Shown: positions 10,901 to 23,900 of the stretch, piece by piece | How positions within the stretch are numbered: position 1 is the first letter of the stretch | Layout of the letters: every line of letters begins with the position of its first letter | Source of the DNA: Podarcis tiliguerta | Taxonomy: Eukaryota | Strand: one strand, 5' to 3' | DNA length: 64,000 bases | NCBI GenBank assembly: GCA_965153285.1 | Contig: OZ229115.1 | Position numbers and translations under genes: made by a program | Notes under the pieces: model-generated | What the model was told of the DNA's origin: nothing | The model's database searches: none | What the model saw: only the letters and a program-made list of their open reading frames with translations

Positions 10901-13900
10901 ACAGAAACCTGCTCCTTGATATTCGGGGACCATCATGCAAAAGTTGTTTACAATATCTTAAGAAGTGTCAAAACTCGTAGCCATCAGACAAACGACTTTC
11001 CAAAATTTATGGTAGATTCTCCTCCAGTTTTCCCCTTGCTCAATTTTTCTGTATAAAAGGGGAGAAGCTATTGACAGATATTTGCACTTTGTTCCTCACT
11101 TAGCAAAATACGTTAAGTCAATACGAATGAGCGTGTCATCTGTACAACGCGCTCTGCACATTGGCAGCTCTGTGGAAATCTGTAAAATCTAATGCTGTTC
11201 ATTGCTTTGGGGACTCTTTCCTGCAATGGTTGGGGAACCTGTGGCCCTCCAGATGCTGCTGGACTACAACTCCCTTCATCCCTGATCATTGGCTAGGCTG
11301 ACTAAGGACTAACAGGAGTGGGAGTCCAACAACGTCCATTGGGGCTCATGTTCCCCAACTCCTGCCTTACTATAACTTATATGATGTGGTGTATATTTTC
11401 TGCTGTATTTATTTCCTTAATCTCTTCAGTGGGGCTGGGAAATTATGAAAGTGTGAACTATGGTCAAACTATTCAGTAGGTCAATAAATTGATTTTTTTA
11501 AAAAGGAACCTGACTTTGGTTGCCTATGCATTTGGCATAAGTCAAAAAGATTAAAACATCAAGTGACCTCGTTCACATGGGAGAGTGAAGTAGGTGTGCA
11601 CTAAATGTGTGTTTGTGTGTGTGCGCACGCAAGCACGCACGCACAAACATTACATATATGCAAACTGCTTGGGAACAGTAAGAACAATATACAAGAAAAG
11701 AAAGTGTTGCATTTAAAATGCACTGGTACAGATAGAGGCACTGCCTAAGATCAAAGGTCCATCACACCTCTGTAGTCTTTTGCAAGATAATTCCTCTCCT
11801 TTGTGTTGTGATTACATGGTGCTTTTTAAAACAGGGATCTGTGTGTGTTTCTGTGTGTTCTGTGGCAGAATTAGGCATCACAAGAATCTCAGGTCTCCCT
11901 TTTTTTACAGTGAGCCTTTTCATCCTCCTTGCTGCTGAGAGATACTTATTGGAAGCAGCTGGGCATTGTCTGCTGCTAGATCAATATGGGACACTGTATT
12001 TGTGTCCTGGATCTGTACCTATAGATCAGATTGTTCAGCTCTCCTCAGGGGAGCATACACACAGAGAACCGTCTTTTATGGTCGATTCATTAATCTAGAG
12101 CAAATTCTGGCCCCCGGTTCTCTCCCTACAACTGTTAAATGCCGGGTGATAATAGGGTGGAATTTTGCCCTGTGAAGTTTTACGGCATGTTTACATGTGA
12201 AACAATGATTATAATATGCTATGTTAGAATCACTCCTTCACACATAAACATGAGGTGAAACTGCAAGGGGAAGAATTCCACTCGCTTGCTGAGCACGCAG
12301 CATCCCAGATGCGTGGAGGGCTTTGCAAGTGTCTGCCCCAGACATTCAGCTCCTTGAAGATCCTTCCAGAACTGCTGCCCACATGGCTGCTTTTCCATTG
12401 GCCTGCCTTGGTCTAAGGCAGCTTCCTCTCCTCCTACGTTTAGTTCAAGAGATACTGGGAGAGAGCTTTTACCTGCTCTGGCATCTCTTAGACTAGAGAT
12501 GGGGAACCTGTGGCCCTCCAGGTGTTGTTGGAGTCCAGTTCCCATCAGCCCCAGCCAGCACAGCCAATAGATGATGGGAGTTACAGTCCCACAACATGTG
12601 TCTAGACAATATCTTGCTCTTCCTGGCTTGCCCTTTGATTGTGCTGCCATGGCCATTACTTGGCTGCATCAGGATTCTGCTTTTTCTTCACAGCCCATCG
12701 TGGGGATGTCTGGAGTTCCTCAGGGGCCCTCTGACCAGAAGGTAGCTGTGGTGACAGTGGATGACTGTGACACTTCCGTGGCCTTGAAGTTTGGTTCCAT
12801 GCTGGGAAACTATTCTTGCTCAGCTCAAGGGACACAGTCAGGCACCAAGAAGTAAGAATTTTATGTGCGCTATAAACACAACTAATGAGCCTGGAGAAAT
12901 GAAGAACGAGCAGACATAGCTAGAGCCAGGCTGGCTCCACTGTGCTTATTGCTCACTGGGGAAATTCCTATTAGGATCATGCCCTGTGGGATAGCGTTCA
13001 CCTGTTCTAGCTTTCACAATCCACCTTCATCCTGCAGTTGGAGGTCTCAGTAGAGCAATTGGGGAAGTTTGACCTCTGCACTTAATGACCTTTCAGCTGA
13101 TGGAGTGGAGATTGAAGATTGGGGACTAGAAGTGAAGGGTGGGGAGACTAGCGAAGGCTAGTCAGCCATGTGATATTGACGGATCAGTGGTCCGGCCCAG
13201 CTTATACATTTGGCCCTAGAGGCTGATCTTGAGAAGGATTCTGGTCCTGGAGCGAAAAAGATTCACCACTCTGATCTCCAGGGTCAAAGAATTGCTGTAC
13301 AGTCGTACCTTGGAAGTCAAACGGAATCCATTCCAGAAGTCCATTCGACTTCCAAAATGTTTAGAAACCAAGGCGTGGTTTCCGATTGGCTGCAGGAAGG
13401 TCCCACGGAACCTGCATTGGATGTTCCGGTTCCAAAGAACGTTCACAAACCAGAGCATTCACTTCTGGGTTTGCGGTGTTTGGGAGCCAAAACGTTCAAC
13501 TTGCAAGGTGTTCGAGTTCCCAGGTACGACTGTTCGAGTTCCCAGTTTTCACCAGCTGCCTTCTGCTACTACAACTTTACACAGAGACAAGTCTAGGCTA
13601 AAAGCTTTGCTACCCCATTGTGGGACTCTTCAAAGCTCCTGGCATATCCAGGTACCTATAGCTCTGATGATGTCAATCGCTTGACCTGAAAGACCTCAAT
13701 GATGCCAGCCATGATTGGGTCAGAAGATGTATTTTAATCTGCCATTCCCTCTGTTGAGCTTGACCTCCTGAGTTACTCCTGTCTTGGCTTCCCAGGTCCC
13801 TGGATTTGACAGGTCCACTGTTGTTAGGTGGCGTTCCTGACCTGCCCGAGAGCTTCCCAGTACGGAACCGGCACTTTGTAGGCTGTATTCGGGACTTCCT

Positions 13901-15830
13901 GATTGATAACCGAGAGGTGGACATGGCTGACTTCATTGCCAACAATGGGACGGTGCCAGGTATGGCTTATGTTATATCTAGTGGATGGATCCAATTGATA
14001 CAAGGGATGCAAAACTGGCAAGAAAAGCACAGTACTGACTGTTTTAAAAATATTGCTGGGTGTGCCATTGTGCGCGCGCCTGTGTGTTGTGGTGTAGTGA
14101 TGGGTCTTTGTAAAAGGGCTTCAGTCCTGTCCCTGATTACTCTCATCAGTTGCCTCCTCTCTTGCCTGCCTTGACACTCCATTCCTAACCCCTGGAGCAT
14201 CTTCTGCTGCCTTTATCCTTTCTAATGCCGTCTCACATTTCTCCTCTAGGCTGTTCAGCCAAGAAGAACGTTTGTGACAGCAACACTTGCCACAACGGCG
14301 GCACGTGTGTCAACCAGTGGAACACCTTCAGCTGCGAATGTCCCCTGGGTTTTGGAGGCAAGGACTGCAAGCAAGGTAAAGAAGGGAGGCTATGGGAACA
14401 TGGTAGCTCTGATAGGGCAGTTTGAATGGTCCCTGGGAGATGGAAGGCCAAATTACATATATAATTGATCACGTATTTTGAGCGCACAATTTCCCCTTGC
14501 AGAAATAGTGAGTGGGGCTGGCCATGATCCAGATTGGGACCCCAGTGTAGGGGTGGGGCGGGCAGGGGGCTTCTCATTCTCCTCAGTGGTGGTCCCAATC
14601 CAGAGCCATCCCCATCTCCAGTGCCTGTAATTTGCATGGGGGGAAGTTTCTGAACCACTCCAACTGGGCTGCGCTCAAGAGTAAACCACATGATTCATGT
14701 TGCATATAGTTGGGCAGCAAGGATGTTGGGGCTTTTTGCTGCCTTTTTCTTCTGAGGATAAGGGGTGGAATGTTAACAGACTATCTCTGTCCAGTCTCAA
14801 TCCCTGTGTGTGGGGCTGGGGTAGCAGGGAGGACATAACGCCCATTTAAGTTAATGAGCTTCAGAAGATTTTGCTGCCGCTGTCAACATAATCCAACAGT
14901 AGTCCAGAAAATGTTGGATGCTGGGTTGTAGTGATAATAACTTCTGGGTGTCAGAGTGAGAGGTAGCTCACACGCTCCTGTTAAGGCCTGGGAGTGTAAG
15001 TAAACAGGAGCTGTTTACTCAGCTGCGTAGGACACAGTTGCCTCAAATGCCATTGTGCCGAAGGTGGTGTATAGTCCTTCAGTATAAGCAGGCAAAGATC
15101 AAGGGGGTGGTGTCTAGGCCAGTGATGGGGAACCTCTAACTCAGCCTTTCTCAACCTGTGGTTCCCCAGATGTTGTTGAACTACAACTCCCATCACCCCT
15201 ACCTAGCAAGGCCAGAGCTCAGGAATGATGGGAGTTGTAGTCCAACAACATCTGGGGACCCACAGGTTGAGAAGCACTTCACCTGTCAGATATTGTAGAG
15301 CTTCACCTCCCGACAGTTCCAGCCAGCCATCCAGGCCAATGGTCAGGGGTGAAGGGAGCAGAAGTCCAATAGCCTCTGCAGGGCCACAGGTTCCCCATGC
15401 CTGGGACAGGTCCTGCTTTAGGGATGGAGGCAAACCAGGCATAGGCAAACTCGGCCCTCCAGATGTTTTGGGACTACAACTCCCATCATCCCTAGCTAGC
15501 AGGACCAATGGTCAGGGATGATGGGAGTTGTAGTCCCAAAACATCTGGAGGGCCTAGTTTGCCTTTGCCTGTCCCAAACCCATAGAATGCCTGGCAATAA
15601 GATGGGGGGGGGGTTCAGACCCCACCTGCTAGCATTCCCCCTCATCTCCTCCCCTTCCTATACTGTTTATCCCACAGTGTTCCAAACAGGAAGGGTCAAG
15701 AGATGGATTAATACACCTCTAGTATGTTTGTCCTTACACTTGTGGCAGTCTAGTGACCGCTTCCACTGCTTCCAGCATTCACTAAGGGTTGAGCATATCA
15801 CCTTTTCTCTCATTCCCTCTCATTTACACA

Positions 15831-15863
<33 letters not shown>

Positions 15864-17914
15864 GATTAACAAAGGCCTTCTGCTGTACCCATAAGTTTCA
15901 TCCCTGCCTCAGATGCACTCATTTGACATGCATTTGACATGCCAGTCAGATGATGCACTGCTTAAGCTGTGTAGACATTGTTTACTCCTATGGCTACCTC
16001 CTTGGAAGGAAAAAAGCACTCTGTGTTTGGTGCCAATGCAGAGTTTCTCCTCCACATTGTCCCCCCCCCCCCCGGAATTTCTCCTCTGCTTCTGAATTGT
16101 CACCAGAACATTATTCTAGGCCCAGGAGGGGAGCAACAGCATAAATGCACATTTAGTACTCCGTTGTGCCCCGGAGAGAAAAGTAATAGGATCTTATAAC
16201 TTGCTGTCTTACTCCATGAGAATGATTTCAAAAGGCCGTAATAATATGTCTGCATCAAGAGGAAAGTTCACCCTGCAATGATTGTTCTGAGTTGCATAAA
16301 AAGAAAAGAAGGTTGTATGTATCAGCCTGCCATATTTCCAAGCCTTTCTGTAACCCTGAAGGCTAGAACCTTCTTTTATTACTGTTTTTTTTAAGCAAAA
16401 GTGGAGCTGGGAGTTCCAGAGTTGCACAAGTATGCCTCAGGAGGCGCATACAGCCTTTCAGACTTGTGCTGGCAGCCTTGTTGTAGGGTGTGACTGGAAA
16501 TCTGTGGCTTACATGCATGCAGGACCCATATTCCGGCGACTGCTCTGCTGTATAGCAATGCCTGCTTTTGCTGACTTGTGTCTCCCACCATGCAGAAATG
16601 GCAAACCCCCAGCGCTTCCTGGGCAACAGCATGGTCATCTGGAACAACTTGGCCTTGGTCATCACCCTTCCCTGGCACATTGGACTCATGTTCCGTACTC
16701 GGCAGAGCAACGGCATCCTCCTGCATGCGGCAGCCGGGCAGCATTCTACCATCACCTTGTGGGTAAGTCTCCACGCCAGGGCAGGAGCACCCTGTGGATC
16801 GGTGGCCTGGAGAAGACCGCCTTCACCTACAAGCAAGAAGTAGAGAGGTTGGAGGGGATGCGGGTTCTTTGCTCCACTGCTCTCAATAGTGAGAATGCCA
16901 GCTCACCCGCTTCTTACCTCTTTCCCAGCTGAGCGACGGGAACGTGCTGATGACTGTGTACCGTGCCAACAGCCGGGTCTCCGCCCTGCGGCTGCACCAG
17001 GTGAAGGTGAACGATGGGGACTGGCATCACATGCAACTGGAGTTGCGCAGCAGCAGGGACAACCCAGAAGCCCAGTGCTTAGCCACAATGGCCTTTGACT
17101 ACGGCTTGCATCAGGTATGGGGAGTGAGTTGACTTCACCCTCAGAAGTGCGCTCCGTTCTTTCTCGACAACAGCTGCCGGCTTTGTGACTTCTCTCCCAG
17201 GCTCTTCTATAACACTGGACTCGCTTTCCCATAAGCTCTGCTCATGTCCCTCCCTGCTCCGAATCAACCAGCATGCACTGTTGTTTTAGTTCCAGCCCCT
17301 TCCTACCTTCCAACGGCCTGCACCCCTGACCTCTACCCAATGCTGTTTTTCTAGAAAAAGAGGTGCTGCCACTCACCACTCCCTTGTTCTTTTAGAATAG
17401 CAATGGCACCCACTTGAGAGGTGCCTGAACCCACCTGAGAGGTGCTGGAACAGAATTCCCCTGAGTTCCTGCTGAAAAAAAGCCCTGCCTCTATTCCCTT
17501 TCCCCCCTCAAGTGTGTTGTGGCCTCTTCAAAATATTAGGGGAAAGCAATGCCAGATGGCTGCTTTGTCTCTTACCTGTCCTCCAGGTGGCAATCAACAT
17601 CAGCAGCGAGCTGCACGGACTCAAAATGCGGAACCTGAGCGTTGGCGGCATTCCTGGGGAGCAGGGTGAAGTGCAGCAAGGCTTCCGTGGCTGCATGCAG
17701 GTAAGCAGGGCGAGGAGCCAGCATCAGTGGCCCCATTCTGGGCTGTAGGTGATGCCCAGGCCCACGCTGAGCGAGGTGCAGGCACTGCCTCTTCTCCCAT
17801 TAACTTTTCTCCCAGGGCCATATTTCTCAGGGCTAATTAGCCCAAGCAGATTTTTGTGTGTCATGTGTTCTCTGTGTATCTGTGTGTCTGGTGGTGCATG
17901 CCTGTCTGTCTGGC

Positions 17915-17963
<49 letters not shown>

Positions 17964-20900
17964 GTGTGTGTGTGAGTGTGTGTGTGTGTGCACAAAGTTT
18001 GAAGCTGCCACATATCCCCACCTGGAAAATTGCAGTCAGGACAACCACCATTGCAGGGGGTTGGAATAGATGACCTGTTGGGTATCTTCCAGCTGTACAA
18101 TTCAATAATCATTTGATTATATGCTCTCACCCTCCAACCCTATGTGGTTGGAACTGTGTGGCTGAAGCAGTCCTGCTGATTGGTTGTAGATTGCATTTGT
18201 ATAATACATTTGTCACTCTCTTTTTGTTGTCAGGAGGAAAGGAAGGTGTAACTGACGGTCCCTTTTAAAATAAGATCACCAGCAATCTCAGAGCAGCACT
18301 ATTTTTTATTGCTCCCCACTTTTTCGGACGCCCACATTTGGTTTTGCCTGCCATGCAGATGGATACGGGTCGAGTGCGTGGTACCTCAGATAAGATGCAT
18401 GTTGGAACAAATCGAATCGCTATCAGATTTGTGCAACTCTCCCAAGTGCAAACTCTGACCTTACTCATTCTGTGCACCTTTATTGCAGGGAGCACAGCGC
18501 CATCTAGGGGCTGCAGTTCTCCAGTGGTTCATGCCTAACTTACTTATTTCTGGTGTGTGTTTTTTTGCTTCCAATAAGGGGGCCATTTAGGCTGCTTCCA
18601 GACAACCTGTTTATAATGAGCATTTGGACCGATTTGTCTGCAGAGAGATTAGGTGCCACCAACTATTTAATGAGTATTTGTAGACAATGTTGCACCAAGC
18701 CAATGTTATCCATTACTTTCCTGTTTGCAAAAAGTCTGACCTTTTGGAGAAGTCGATTTGCTTTGCAGGAGCTTATCCAACTCAGCTTTAATTGCACAGC
18801 CTGAATTTGCTGGGATGCGATTGAATCCCACTCAGAAATAGTGCCCTTGGTTCGCACACAACAGCCAGCAAATTCTGACCAGGAAATGCAAGTGTGCTGG
18901 TGTCTGCCCTTCTAAGAGCTGGATCTCTGTGGTGCTGCAGCCCAACACACAAACCCCGTGTTCTCTTTATTCCCAGGGTGTAAGGATGGGTGAGACGTCA
19001 GCCAGTGCCGTGGCTCTGAATGTGAACCAGGCTGAGAAGGTGAACGTGGAACGTGGCTGCAGTATCCCGGATCCCTGTGACTCCAACCCCTGCCCTGTCA
19101 ACAGTTACTGCAATGACGATTGGGACAGCTACTCCTGCAGCTGTGACCCAGGTCAGTTGGGGAGTGGGCAGAGAAGGGGCGACGGAAGAGCTGTTGCTGC
19201 TGCTCTTCCCCAAGAAGTACTGGAGAGATTCCACTCTGGCACCCTCCAAAGTTTAGCACTGTGTGATACAGGGTGAGCTAAGCCATTAGGGTTAACTAGG
19301 TACACAGGGTGACTGTACGAAACAAAACAAAATAAATCCTTCCAGTAGCACCTTAGAGACCAACTAAGTGAGCTTTTGTGTGCATGCACACTTCTTCAGA
19401 TACTGCAGAGATGGAGCCTTTGTTTTCATTGTATCAGAGCTAGTTGTAATTCTACCTGAACTTCTGAACAACAACACTCTGGCCATTGGCTCTACATGCT
19501 GGAGCTGATGGGAGTTGTACTTCAGGCATATCTGGAGGTCCACATGTTCCCCACCTCTAATGACCTCGGAGACCGTGCAATCCAGGCTTAGGGATGAATC
19601 CTAGCCTGCTTCCCCTCTTTCCAGCCATCCCTCTCATCTGCAGCTGTTATTCTTTGCTGCACCTTGAGGGGTGGTGTCAGGCATCAGGGAATCCGATCCC
19701 CCCCAAGGCAGGCTGCCAGGAACAGATAGACAAGGAAGCTCTTACCATTGTCTTTTGTTCAATATTCACACAGAGAGAGGCTTAGAAATGTTGCCTCTTG
19801 GAGTAATGGCATTCCTCTGAGTAATCTCCACCCCCTTTCTCTCCTCAATCATCACCACACCACCCACCTTATGGTGGCCGCTTAGGGCCATTTGCCTCCC
19901 AGCTCTTTGCTCTCCTACTTTCAATGCTTGTCGGGTTATGGGAGAAGGGGGCTCTGGAATGATTTCTAGTGATGATGGGTCAGCCAGCTGCTCCAGCTCT
20001 GCTTCCCCCTCCTCTTCTTCTCCCATTATTTCCCAACTTTGTCCCTTATCTACCTCTGAGCCGTGACCTTCTGCAAACCACTGTTGTAAATCTATACTGT
20101 CTTCCTCTTCTCTGGAAGGTTCAGGAGGAGGGGAGGAGGTTTCCACCATCCCTCCTCAGTCCAGTCCCTGACAGGTGGTTTCCTTCCTTCTGTGCCCAGC
20201 CGGAAACTCTTCTTTGGGGTGTCCTCCATTCACCCTTACGCTGCAGTTTCTGGCCAGAGTTACACTGGTGAGGATGACATAGGGCTCAAGGTTTTCCCCT
20301 TGCTGCTTCAGGCTACTACGGTGACAGCTGTGCCAATGTCTGCTCACTCAACCCTTGTGAGCATCAAGCCGTGTGCGCCCGCAAGCCCAGCTCCTCCCAT
20401 GGCTACACCTGCGAGTGTCCGGACAACTACTTTGGGCCATACTGCGAGAACAAGTGAGTTGCCTCCTGCTGCTCTGTGAAAGGGCATCTGATGGGTGTGA
20501 GTGGGTGAGTGTGCGATTGTTCTGATAGGTGTGTACTACTCCCAGTGTGCATGTAGAAATGGATCCTTGAAGAGCTGCAGGTGTGTGAGGGAGGATATTG
20601 ATATATGTCTCTGTACCTGAAAGTGCTGTGAATAAGCAGTTGTAGTGGGAGGGGGCATATTTCTAAATTAGTCTGTGCCAACGGGTTTCTCTGAAAGATC
20701 AACCCAATGGGGAGTCTTTTTAAAAGAACTGTTTTTGTTGAATTTTTGAGAAATCAACAAACACATTTAACAAAATGCAACTAGATGGTTGTTCCATTGA
20801 CAGGGAAAAGTCATAAAGCATAACAAATCAATGATTTCACTCTCGTTAAGTCTCTCCAAAGATTGTGATTGCAGTGGTCTTCGAGTTTGGTTGTCCTTAT

Positions 20901-23900
20901 GTATGTAAAAGATAAAAGGTTGCCAGGTTACAAAGAACGATAATGGGTCCAGTTTCCCTTTGGCACCATGAAGTTGACACGTCAATTTTTTCCACTAACC
21001 CATACACACATATACCAGAAGTCAAGTGTCAGCCCCACATCTAATTTTCAACATTTTGCTATTTCCATTGGTGCTGCTACCAGTAGAGAGTGCACCCACT
21101 GTTATTGTGTATATTTGCTTCTATGTTCTCAGTCTTGGAAGTTAGTCGATGCAGTAAGGGCTTTGTGGGTATGAAAGCAGGAGACAGTCTTGCCATGTGT
21201 TTAGGTGGTGAGTGCAGAAGGTACACATAGCTGACAGTGTGATTTGTGCATCTATGCAAGACAGGGAGGTTGCTTTGCATAGTATGATGCAACAACAAAA
21301 GACTCTATATAAGCAAATATGTTGAAATCCTACATACGTTGAGCCATAAACTCTTCATCAACGGCTTGAAAAGCACAACTGTCGTCATCCACATGGGAGC
21401 AGAAGATTTAAAGACCTGTGCCTGAAAGAGGCAACACCACACATTGTAACCCCCTGAAGTCTGTCCCTCAAAGCACAATTAGTTTCCAAGACTTTTCTCA
21501 AAGTAGGCTTTTCAGTATTGGATGCATATTCTTTTTTGTTGTTGTCAGCGCTCTCGCTCTCTCGCTCTCTTGTTTGTTCTCCCCCACATATATGGTGCTG
21601 CTGCCTGGACTTGTTCTTATTTTTGTTGTGTGATTGTAACAGGCCCTGTGCTCTCTCTGTGACAGGCTTGCTCAGCCCTGCCCACGGGGGTGGTGGGGGC
21701 ACCCTATATGCGGACCCTGCAATTGTGATGTCGGCAAAGGATTTGACCCTGACTGCAACAAAACCAACGGAGAGTGTCGCTGCAAGGTGGGCCTTGCTTA
21801 ATTTGATGGTCCCGGTTGGGGTTAGAGCTGCAAGCAGGGGTTTAAGAAGGACTGAAGAGGGATCTTAGCTGTTGGCAGGGCAGTTGTTCCATCCATGGGC
21901 AGATAATGACTATTTACTTAGGAGAGTGGCTTTTCAATATTCTTCCTTCAGAAATCTTTCCAAATAAACTTGTCTGCTGAGGAACTCCAGCATATTGCAC
22001 AAGATTCTGGCACATAGTATGTGGGCTTCAGGCAATGTTTATTGGGCCTCAGGTATTAGCATTCCTGAACTGAGAGAGTTTGACTTAGAAGACACCCAAC
22101 TTCCCCCTTCAATTGCACACTGTAGGACAGAGGGGATGAGGAACCTGTGGCTCTCCAGGTGTTGTTGAACTACAACTCCCTTCACCATTGGCCATACTGG
22201 TTGGAGCTGATGGAAGTTAGATTTCAGCAACATATGGAGACCACAGGTTCCCCATCTCTGCTGAAGGGGATGAGCAGTTGTGGTGACCCAGTTGTCTTGC
22301 ATGGATCATTGTCCAGCACGACTGGCAATTCTAACTGAGAAATCCTGATAATCTTCCAAGCTACTCTGGAGTTCCCTTGAATGTGGTATGAAAACCACTA
22401 AATTAAGAGACTGGGCACAGGCGCTGGTCCCTGCTTCAAGAAGCTCATTCTGTGGTCTTAAGTAAATCACCCCCCCTTTTTTTTCTCTCTCTCCCTGTCA
22501 GCCTAACATAGCTCACAGAATTGTTAGGAGGGTGAGTTAGATTAGAAATGACTGGTAGCAGTGCTTTTTTCCTTAAAAAAATGTTTAGGGGTACTCTCAT
22601 TTTGACTCAAGAAAATCACCATTTTATAGTTCAAATCGGGGGAAATAAATACAGTAAATGGACAAAAGTACAAAGATTCACAAAATGTTTAGGGGTATGC
22701 ATCCCCCTGCACCCCCCCCCCCAATAGTGCTGACTGGTAGTAACCATAACAGTACCTTGGGAATTTCCTTCCTTGGTGAGTGTATGTGAATTGTGTTAGT
22801 GAACTGTGTTTTAATGGGAAGCAACATTTATTGCAGGAAGTACTTGGAGAATAATTAACTTCAGCTTATATGTTTTCAAAAAAGAAGAAGTGGTTACCTC
22901 TGTTTTTAAAGTTTTATTGGGTTTATCTTCATTTGCTTTTTAATTGGTTTGTAGATTTTAGCTGTATTCTGTCTGCAGTTTTATTTGTACACTGCTTTGA
23001 TCCAGTGGTTTATAAATCTATTAAATAAAATAAAATAAACTGCTGTTGACTCTAAAGAGGTTTTGGGAGAGGGATTAGGTGCTGGGTTAGCCAGGAGATT
23101 TGTAGACTGCTCTTGAGCTACAGAGAATCTTCCAGCCTGCTCCTTGGGACTTACACGCCTTCCTGTTGTTCCGTAGGAGAACCACTATCGACCAGGGGAG
23201 AGTGGCATGTGCTTGCTCTGTGAATGCTACGCCACAGGCTCTCTCTCTCGCACTTGTGACGCTGAGACTGGGCAGTGCTCCTGCAAACCGGGCGTGATTG
23301 GGCGCCGATGTGACCGCTGCGACAACCCCTTTGCAGAAGTCTCCACCAATGGCTGTGAAGGTCAGCAGTAACTGCTTGGGCACGGGCTGAGGAGAGCGGA
23401 ATTCCATTGCTGAGCTGAAGCAGGGAAGAGGTTGCTAAGTCAAATCTCTGGCCATGTTGTGGGACTGGATAAGTGATGTTACTGACCAGTCTGCCTTCAA
23501 TGGAAGGTGTTCCCTGGCTGGTGTTCATTGAGTGACTGGGGCAATGAGGGGAAACCTGTGATCATCCACTCCTAAATGTTGTTGGACTCCGGCTTCCATC
23601 AGCCCCAGGCAGCACTGCCAGTGGTCAGCAATGGTGGAAGTTGCAATCCAAGAATACCTGGAGGGCTGCAGGTTAGCCACCCCTTGGACTAAGGGTTGCC
23701 TGGATGAAGCGAGGAGATGGTTTCAGTTCTAGTTCTACAAGGTCATTGTCCTTTTTCATTGCCTCCAGTTTTCATCATCATCATCACATTCTGCCCTAAT
23801 CTTCTCTTGATGCACTCAGGTTTAATACAAACAAACAATTAGCTCTAAACATGACAATTCATTAATACAGTAAGGAATCGCAGCACAATCAATTATCTCA

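Noticed and set aside
10870-11017. Possible Helitron/Helentron-like fragment ending ..cagacaaacgactttccaaaatttatggtagat
   Set aside because: Resemblance is from memory only; termini and target site could not be defined.
13210-13684. Overlapping 128-151 aa ORFs
   Set aside because: They run across a MITE and show no protein similarity.
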